This document shows positions 1 to 6,302 of a stretch of DNA of 20,751 nt, piece after piece. The position numbers and the translations under genes are program-made. The notes beneath the pieces were generated by a model that did no database searches, was not told the origin of the DNA, and was given only the letters and a program-made list of their open reading frames with translations. The stretch is from Candidatus Micrarchaeaceae archaeon (GTDB taxonomy: Archaea; Micrarchaeota; Micrarchaeia; Micrarchaeales; CABMGC01). The stretch is taken from contig JAVZDR010000007.1 of NCBI GenBank assembly GCA_038873795.1, positions 1 to 20,751 on the forward strand, in the 5' to 3' direction. Numbering within the stretch: the first letter of the stretch is position 1; the number at the start of each line of letters is the position of its first letter.

Positions 1-181
1 ATTCCTGGAAGGCGCAAAAGGGCATTTGAAAGACAATGGCAGAATAATATTGGTTTCTAGCTCTGCGGCAAACCTTAGGAAGCTAAAGGAGAAAATTGCG
101 GAGATGGGCTATGCAGTACTCAAGGAGGAAAAGGAGCACTTCTTCTTCGAAGACATTGTTGTAATGCTGGCAGGGACTTGA
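1..181 (+). CDS. C-terminal fragment of a HemK2/Mtq2-like SAM-dependent methyltransferase (5' part outside the window)
   Basis: Frame 2 is open from the window edge to TGA at 179-181: FLEGAKGHLKDNGRIILVSSSAANLRKLKEKIAEMGYAVLKEEKEHFFFEDIVVMLAGT. The LKxxGxxxxxxSS segment and terminal FFE motif resemble archaeal HemK2/Mtq2. Not in the ORF track. Confidence 0.7.
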   Translation, partial: FLEGAKGHLKDNGRIILVSSSAANLRKLKEKIAEMGYAVLKEEKEHFFFEDIVVMLAGT

Positions 182-358
182 GCATGCACTCAGCAGTATG
201 GGCTACTTTGCCAGATAACACCCATCAGCCAAATAAAATGAGCAAAGGTGTTGCGAGCCTGTTCGTATAGGGTGTTGAAATAAAGCATTGCCAGGTGTTC
301 GAATCTTGTTCTGCAGTTTCCATCTGAGCCAAATTATATAGAGCAAATAAGAGCTTAT

Positions 359-465
359 AGCCTCGAGAGGGATTTGGACCCTCGACCTCCTGTTTTCTTG
401 TTCTTGATTAAACTTCTTCCCAAGAAGTTTACGAGACAGGCGCTCTACCACTGAGCTACCGAGGC
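359..465 (-). tRNA. tRNA-Thr(CGU) with a 35-nt intron at 37/38; CCA not encoded
   Basis: Reverse complement folds as acceptor GCCTCGG/TCGAGGC with discriminator T, D-arm GCTC-AGTGGTA-GAGC, anticodon arm CCTGT-CT CGT A^A-ACAGG, variable AGGTC and T-arm GAGGG-TCCAAAT-CCCTC. C2-G71 and U73 fit archaeal tRNA-Thr. Confidence 0.95.
395..429 (-). other. tRNA intron (35 nt) with a relaxed bulge-helix-bulge/loop splice motif
   Basis: AACTTCTTGGGAAGAAGTTTAATCAAGAACAAGAA lies between A37 and A38, and removing it restores a 7-nt anticodon loop. Positions 32-35 (CUCG) face intron CAAG, followed by an AA^A 3-nt bulge. Confidence 0.88.
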
Positions 466-540
466 ATCTCCAAACGATATTAATAAATGCTTTTATTTTA
501 TTAAAGTATTGCTTCGAATGATTATTGCAATGGTGTGTTG

Positions 541-3500
541 ATGTTTTTGGCGGATGCTGCCGATCACGAACCTACAGAAGAAAATGCACCGTCTCTTGGC
601 GAAATTATTTCAGGGATAAAACCTGGGCAAAGCCAACAGCAGCAAACTGTACAACGGCCTCAGCCACAGCAGCCGCCACAGCCACCACAACAACTGCAGG
701 CGAAAAAACAGCCAAAGGGGCGCAGGCGTGGGACTGCCATTCTGCTAACTTCTGTGATTGCTATACTAATCATAGCAGTCGCTGCGGTTGAACTCACTCA
801 CAAGCCGAGCGCCATTACTACTACAACAATAGCAACCACAACTGTGCCAGTAACCAAGCTCGTGCAGATCACAGGCTGCATGAACGTGACGAGCCCGGGC
901 GCGTACTACCTGCAGCGCTCTATAAAGGTCAACATTGATCAGGGTGCATGCATAAACGTGATGAGCAGCAACGTAGAGCTCATAGGAAACGGCAACAGCA
1001 TCAATGGCAGTGGTCCGTTTTCGGGGGTGCCGCCATTCACATATGGCATCATGGTAGGCAATGTGCACAACGTTACCATAAGCGGCTTCTCTATCTCACA
1101 ATTCTCATATGGCATAGTGCTTCAGGGCTCTGAGGGAATTGTGGTGCGGGATAGCAATTTCAGCAAAAACACAATGTCTGGGATTTACCTGAATGGCTCG
1201 AGCAACAACCTTATACTTAACAGCTATGTGTATGCTTCTGCAAGCAAGCAAGGCGGCATAAACATAGTTTCGGGCAGAAACAACACAATAGAAAATGATA
1301 CAATAGCAGGCAGCGCATATTATGGGCTCGTGCTCAACAGCACTGGAAACAAGCTTATTGGCGATAAGTTCGTAAACAATCCCACAGACATAATATGCAA
1401 CGCAACAGCAGGGCTCAGAGATGCAAACACATTCAGCAACAGCTCATGCACAAGCAACTACTACTGCAACTTCGCAAAGTGCTCCCAAGTTAACGTGCCT
1501 CTCAATATAAGCGTAATACGCTTGCCGCCGAGCATAAATAGCTGTGGAGGGATCTATTCGCCAGGCATATATTCGCTGCAAAGGGACCTGAACGCAGCCG
1601 ACTATCTCAACATGTCGAATCCAGCTTCTGCGGCAATACCATGCATAAGTCTGCTTGCACCCAACGTGAAGCTGGAGTGCAACGGCCATTCCATAGGGAA
1701 CAGCGGATATGGGATCAGCATTGTGGGCCTGTACAACGACACAATAGATGGCTGCACTCTCAGCAACAGCACCTATGGCATTTACGTTGCCGGCAGTTTC
1801 TACACAAAGATACAGAATGATTCGCTCAATGGCAATCTCTATGGCCTGTTTGTAAACAACACAAACCAATTCATCGGTACAAACATAAGCGCAAAAGGAA
1901 ACAGATATGGCATTTTCATAAACAACAACAGCGGCGCCTTCATCAATTCGTTCAGCGCCTCAGGCAACAAATACGGCGTTTACATGAACTCAGGAAATGG
2001 CAACTCGTTCAGCAATGGCTTTCTCGAGAACAACACAAAGGCTGACTTTTACTGCAGCGCAGCATCATACAATTCTACTACAAACCTCTTGCAGAGTACA
2101 AAATGCGGAGTTACGGACTGCAACTGGGCCAGCTGCACGCAACATGCCCTGCCTCCCATAAGCATTTACCCAATTAACAGCTGCGGCACAATAAGCCTAC
2201 CTGGAAACTATTCTCTTCAATCCAACATTGTTGCGCATGGCACATGCATAAGCATAACCGCAAACAATGTAAATCTCAATTGCAACGGCAGGCTCATCAC
2301 AGGCTATCTTACCGGTACAGGAATCAGCATAACGGGCAGCAACGACTCTGTTGAGAACTGCGCCATAACAAAATTTGACAAAGGTGTTACTATAAACAAC
2401 GCAAGCTATGTGAGCTTGGAAAACATTAACATAAGCTATGTTGGCTTGGGGGTCCAGCTCTCCAATGGCTTGTATAACAAGCTCATCAACGTTGCGGTTA
2501 ACAGCTTTTCCAGGGTTGGTGGCTTCGTCATACACAACACAAGTAGAAGTGTAATAACTTCCGATTCTGCATCTTATGGAACAAACTCGACTAATGGCTT
2601 CCTCATAGACAACTCTAGCAGCAACCTCATCTCTTATGACAGCGCCTCATCAAACATGGGCAACGGCTTCAGCTTTGTCAACTCCAACGCGAACAATGTA
2701 TTCAACAACACAGCCTATTCAAACAAGCTATATGACTATGCGTGCAATGCCAACAGCTCAGGGCTTTATGCTGAGCTTAACGGAATCAATTTTGGGGGCA
2801 CAAAAAGCGGCTGCAAGTGGCTTGTTGAGCTCACGCCGCTGACAATGCAGCCAAGCTGCTATGCAATAAGCTCGGGGAGCCAGATAACCCTCACCAACGA
2901 CATGCTCTACCCATATGGCGCGATATGCTACAATATCTACAATACACATGGAAGCAGCGCTAATTTCACCACCATAAACTGCAACTATCACACAGTGCTT
3001 GCAACAAATGGTGGCACCTTCGTAAACATAGTCAATGCGTCAAACGTAAAGGTTGAAAACTGCTACATAAAGAACTTCACGCGCGGGGTTTCGAGTGAAG
3101 GGCCTTATACAAGCGTTTACAACAATGTCTTCGGAAGCACAGGCAGCGCAATAACGGTAAGCGGTGCAACCTATCCAAACATACAGAACAACCTTATAAT
3201 GAACTCTTCATATGGCATAATACTTGAGAATGACTTATACGGCAAATTCTACAACAACTCAATCTTCAACACAAATGTCTCGTTTGAATATTCTGGCGGG
3301 GGCGCATCCACAATCAGCTCCATAAATGCGAAATACGGGGGCATAGGCATCTATATGATAAACTCCACGCTCAACATACTGCAGAACAACGTGCTAGAGA
3401 ACATGAGCAGGTACGGCATAATTTGTACTAGCGGTGCCACAAATTCGAGCAGCCTAAATAAAGATTTCGGTGGCAACATATGCTCAAGCAACAAAGGCTG

Positions 3501-3543
3501 CCTTTGGATGACGACGTCACAGGCGTGCAAGGCAAGCAGCTGA
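541..3543 (+). CDS. Membrane-anchored surface protein with four tandem Cys-capped right-handed beta-helix (NosD/PbH1-like) modules
   Basis: Q/P-rich N-terminus, basic patch KKQPKGRRR, one TM (AILLTSVIAILIIAVAAV), Thr-rich stalk, then repeated YGIxxxxSxNNxIxN coils and many NxS/T sequons. ATG 541 preferred over GTG 535. Confidence 0.85.
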   Translation: MFLADAADHEPTEENAPSLGEIISGIKPGQSQQQQTVQRPQPQQPPQPPQQLQAKKQPKGRRRGTAILLTSVIAILIIAVAAVELTHKPSAITTTTIATTTVPVTKLVQITGCMNVTSPGAYYLQRSIKVNIDQGACINVMSSNVELIGNGNSINGSGPFSGVPPFTYGIMVGNVHNVTISGFSISQFSYGIVLQGSEGIVVRDSNFSKNTMSGIYLNGSSNNLILNSYVYASASKQGGINIVSGRNNTIENDTIAGSAYYGLVLNSTGNKLIGDKFVNNPTDIICNATAGLRDANTFSNSSCTSNYYCNFAKCSQVNVPLNISVIRLPPSINSCGGIYSPGIYSLQRDLNAADYLNMSNPASAAIPCISLLAPNVKLECNGHSIGNSGYGISIVGLYNDTIDGCTLSNSTYGIYVAGSFYTKIQNDSLNGNLYGLFVNNTNQFIGTNISAKGNRYGIFINNNSGAFINSFSASGNKYGVYMNSGNGNSFSNGFLENNTKADFYCSAASYNSTTNLLQSTKCGVTDCNWASCTQHALPPISIYPINSCGTISLPGNYSLQSNIVAHGTCISITANNVNLNCNGRLITGYLTGTGISITGSNDSVENCAITKFDKGVTINNASYVSLENINISYVGLGVQLSNGLYNKLINVAVNSFSRVGGFVIHNTSRSVITSDSASYGTNSTNGFLIDNSSSNLISYDSASSNMGNGFSFVNSNANNVFNNTAYSNKLYDYACNANSSGLYAELNGINFGGTKSGCKWLVELTPLTMQPSCYAISSGSQITLTNDMLYPYGAICYNIYNTHGSSANFTTINCNYHTVLATNGGTFVNIVNASNVKVENCYIKNFTRGVSSEGPYTSVYNNVFGSTGSAITVSGATYPNIQNNLIMNSSYGIILENDLYGKFYNNSIFNTNVSFEYSGGGASTISSINAKYGGIGIYMINSTLNILQNNVLENMSRYGIICTSGATNSSSLNKDFGGNICSSNKGCLWMTTSQACKASS

Positions 3544-3547
3544 TGGC

Positions 3548-3868
3548 ATGGGAAATGTAAGCAAGGAGCAGGTGCTTGAGAAGCTCAGGGAATGTGTAGA
3601 CCCTGAGCTTGGCATAAATGTCGTAGACCTTGGCCTGATTTATGGAATAGACATAAAAGAAAACAATGACGTTAAGATTACCATGACAATGACGAGCCCT
3701 ATGTGCCCTGTGACAAGCATAATACTTGCTGAGGTGCAGATGAGGCTTGAGGAAATAGAGGGAATAGGCAAGATAGATGTGGAGCTCGTATGGGAGCCGC
3801 TGTGGAACCCTGATATGATCAGTCCTGAAATAAAGGGGCAGCTCGGCGCAGGCCAGGCTGCTCAGTAG
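3548..3868 (+). CDS. SufT/MIP18 (DUF59) metal-sulfur cluster assembly factor
   Basis: DPELGINVVDLGLIY, TMTSPMCP and VWEPLWNPDMIS motifs of the DUF59 family. Confidence 0.92.
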   Translation: MGNVSKEQVLEKLRECVDPELGINVVDLGLIYGIDIKENNDVKITMTMTSPMCPVTSIILAEVQMRLEEIEGIGKIDVELVWEPLWNPDMISPEIKGQLGAGQAAQ

Positions 3869-3871
3869 CCT

Positions 3872-4414
3872 TCAGAAAAACTCATCCTCAAAGAGTTTCG
3901 TTTCTATAGGAGCGCGCTCCTCGTCGCTCGCATGTACTATGTTCCTGCAGGCCCTGCGCTCCATGTTGCCCTGGTATATAGAATCATTGGCGAAGTCTCC
4001 GCGTATTGTGCCCTTCTCGGCCTTCGAAGGATCGGTATTGCCTATCAGTGCGCGAGCCCTTTTGGGCGCATCGTCGCCAAGAAGTATCATTGCCACAACT
4101 TCAGCAGATGTGGCAAAGGTTCTGTTCCACTGATTAAGCTGTCTGCCTATTTCCATTGGGTCTTTTGTTCCAAATATCTCAATTATCTTCTGGTCTTCAC
4201 CCCTCTCGTGCATGCTCTTCAGCGTTTTGCTTCCCATTCCAGTAAGCTGCTCAACTGAATCGGGATAAAGCTTTTCGGCTAATTGCATTGGGATCATACC
4301 TTTCTTCAGCTTTAGTATCCTGAAGCCGTTTTCCTCAAACCTGGATATCACTTTTCCAACAAGCTTTCGCTCAACTCCATCAGGCTTTACGAAGACCAAT
4401 TCTTTGCTTTCCAT
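3872..4414 (-). CDS. ndk: Nucleoside diphosphate kinase (180 aa, insertion-containing variant)
   Basis: VKPDGVER, RALIGNTDPSKAEKGTIRGDF and RNIVHASD (catalytic His). The start is ATG 4414 (MESKELVFVKPDG); the longer ORF-track extension is the antisense of infB. Confidence 0.93.
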   Translation of the reverse strand: MESKELVFVKPDGVERKLVGKVISRFEENGFRILKLKKGMIPMQLAEKLYPDSVEQLTGMGSKTLKSMHERGEDQKIIEIFGTKDPMEIGRQLNQWNRTFATSAEVVAMILLGDDAPKRARALIGNTDPSKAEKGTIRGDFANDSIYQGNMERRACRNIVHASDEERAPIETKLFEDEFF

Positions 4415-4436
4415 TAAAACACTCTCAAGGTTCTTA

Positions 4437-4446
4437 TTTTTATATA
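4437..4446. promoter_or_regulatory. Candidate TATA box in the divergent ndk/infB intergenic region
   Basis: TTTTTATATA on +, TATATAAAAA on -. It lies about 23 nt upstream of the ndk ATG (leaderless spacing) and could also serve infB. Confidence 0.5.
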
Positions 4447-4496
4447 CTGTATTATAGTTGTTCTGGTAGGATATAAAACTTTCTCTTGGTGCGGAT

Positions 4497-6233
4497 GTGA
4501 TAAGGCAACCAATAATATGCGTCTTGGGCCATGTCGACCACGGCAAGACAACGCTGCTTGACAAGATTAGGGATACGGCCGTGGCCAGCAAGGAGGCTGG
4601 CGGCATAACCCAGCATATAGGTGCAAGCGAAGTGCCAATAAGCGCAATAGCAAAAATAAGCGGCAGCATACTGAGCAAGATACCCATAAAGCTCACCATA
4701 CCTGGCCTCCTTTTCATAGATACCCCTGGGCACGAAGCCTTTACGAATTTGAGGAGGCGCGGCGGAAGCATAGCAGACCTCGCAATACTTGTAATTGATA
4801 TTATAAAAGGCCCAGAGCCGCAGACATACGAAGCAATAGAGATATTAAAGGCCTACAAGACGCCATTCGTAGTAGCTGCAAACAAAATCGACCTGATAAC
4901 AGGCTGGCGCAACTCCTCTAGCGCAAGCTTCGAAGAAGCCATAAAAATGCAGAACCAGCAAGTCCAGGGCCAGCTCGAGTCACATATCTACTCGCTCATA
5001 GGCAAACTCAGCGAGCTTGGCTTCAACAGCGAGCGCTATGACAGGATAAGGAATTTCCAGAGGGAGGTAAGCATAATACCAGTAAGTGCAAAGACAGGCG
5101 AAGGCATAGCTGAGCTGCTTGTTTATGTTGCTGGACTCTCCCAGCGCTTCCTTGATGCGAGGCTGAATGTGGAAACAAGCGGGCCGGCGCTGGGGAGCAT
5201 ACTAGAGAAGAAGGAAGAGGTGGGGCTGGGCACCACAGTAGATGCAATAATATACAATGGTACACTCAAAGTAAACGATGTCATAGCTTTCGCAACCGAG
5301 CATGGTGTCGGCACTGCAAAAGTCAAGGCGCTGCTCAGGGCCAAGCCGATGCAGGAGATGAGGCTTTCATCCGGCAAATTCTATAATGTTGATTCTGTTA
5401 CAGCGGCTGCTGGCGTGAAGATAAGCGGAAACGGGCTTGAAGAGGCCCTGCCTGGTTCGCCGCTTGTCTCAGTGGATGTGCCCAACTATGCCGATGAGAT
5501 AAACGCTGAGATGAGTGAGGTCTTTGCAACGGATAAGACAGGCATAATACTAAAGGCCGATACAATAGGCACGATGGAAGCCATCTCAAAGCTCCTCAAA
5601 AGCGCAGGGGTTGGGATAAGCAAGAAGGGCCTCGGCAACGTTTCTAAGAGGGACGTGCTCGATGCATTTGCGATGAAGGGCATAGACCCATTCAGCGCAG
5701 TGGTGCTTGCATTCAACGTCAAGGTGGATGAAGATGCGCAACTGGAGAGCGAGGCCAGCGGCACAAAGGTAATAAGCGAGAATATTATATACAAGATTGT
5801 AGACGACTACAAAGAGTGGCTCAATGCCGAAAAGAGAAAGGAGATCGACGCTGCTGAAAGGACCCTAACTTTCCCAGGCATGTTAAAGGTCCTCCCGAAT
5901 ACGTGCTTCAGGGTCTCTCACCCAGCCATATTCGGCGTTGATGTTGTGGCAGGAAGGATAAAGCCATCATACCTGCTGATGAAAAAGACAGGCACTATTG
6001 TGGGCCGCATAAGGGAGATACAGAGCAATGGCATTAACTTCAAGGAGGCCAAGAAAGGGGAGAGCGTAGCTATATCTATAGATGATGTGACATTTGGAAG
6101 GCATATAAAGGAGGAGGATCTGCTCTACACTTACATCAGCGATTCCGATTACACGCTGCTAAGGGGGAAGTTCAGCAACCTGCTTTCTGATGAGGAAAAG
6201 GATCTGCTTGAGGAAATAAAGCGGATAAAATAA
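4497..6233 (+). CDS. infB: Translation initiation factor aIF5B (archaeal IF2 homolog)
   Basis: MIRQPIICVLGHVDHGKTTLLDKIR, EAGGITQHIGA, DTPGHEAF, NKID, SAKTGEG. No bacterial N-terminal extension. GTG start with GGTG at 4488-4491. Confidence 0.98.
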   Translation: MIRQPIICVLGHVDHGKTTLLDKIRDTAVASKEAGGITQHIGASEVPISAIAKISGSILSKIPIKLTIPGLLFIDTPGHEAFTNLRRRGGSIADLAILVIDIIKGPEPQTYEAIEILKAYKTPFVVAANKIDLITGWRNSSSASFEEAIKMQNQQVQGQLESHIYSLIGKLSELGFNSERYDRIRNFQREVSIIPVSAKTGEGIAELLVYVAGLSQRFLDARLNVETSGPALGSILEKKEEVGLGTTVDAIIYNGTLKVNDVIAFATEHGVGTAKVKALLRAKPMQEMRLSSGKFYNVDSVTAAAGVKISGNGLEEALPGSPLVSVDVPNYADEINAEMSEVFATDKTGIILKADTIGTMEAISKLLKSAGVGISKKGLGNVSKRDVLDAFAMKGIDPFSAVVLAFNVKVDEDAQLESEASGTKVISENIIYKIVDDYKEWLNAEKRKEIDAAERTLTFPGMLKVLPNTCFRVSHPAIFGVDVVAGRIKPSYLLMKKTGTIVGRIREIQSNGINFKEAKKGESVAISIDDVTFGRHIKEEDLLYTYISDSDYTLLRGKFSNLLSDEEKDLLEEIKRIK

Positions 6234-6239
6234 TCTTGA

Positions 6240-6300
6240 AAAACCGAAATAAAACCGAAACGTATGCAGCGATTTATATATTATGCAGTCCATTATATAA
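6240..6300 (+). promoter_or_regulatory. Promoter of the HTH-TM-DUF4382 gene: TATA box plus two sets of direct repeats
   Basis: AAAACCGAAA at 6240-6249 and 6251-6260; TTTATATA at 6273-6280, 22 nt before ATG 6303; TATGCAG-n4-TTATATA at 6263-6280 and 6282-6299. Confidence 0.6.
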
Positions 6301-6302
6301 AC

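Noticed and set aside
247..299. Spaced GGTGTT repeats as a mini-CRISPR
   Set aside because: The repeat is only 6 nt with a 23-24 nt period, far from CRISPR repeat/spacer sizes, and no cas genes are present.
291..308. GTTCGAATC resembling a tRNA T-loop (split tRNA or att remnant)
   Set aside because: There is no 5-bp T-stem or acceptor strand around it, no match to the tRNA-Thr 3' end and no integrase in the window.
395..410. Alternative splicing to a CAA (Leu) or AGA (Ser) anticodon
   Set aside because: The body has Thr identity elements and a short variable loop, and the alternative junctions lack a splice motif or break the anticodon stem.
203..451. 82-aa minus-strand ORF
   Set aside because: It starts inside and reads through the tRNA-Thr gene and has no protein-like motifs.
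541..3868. NosD-like protein plus SufT as a copper or nitrous-oxide reductase maturation system
   Set aside because: There are no nosZ/F/Y or ABC transporter genes and the beta-helix repeats are generic; adjacency is explained by genome compaction.
4415..4771. 119-aa N-terminal extension of NDK in the ORF track
   Set aside because: It is the antisense of the infB 5' end plus the AT-rich promoter; NDK homology starts at ATG 4414.
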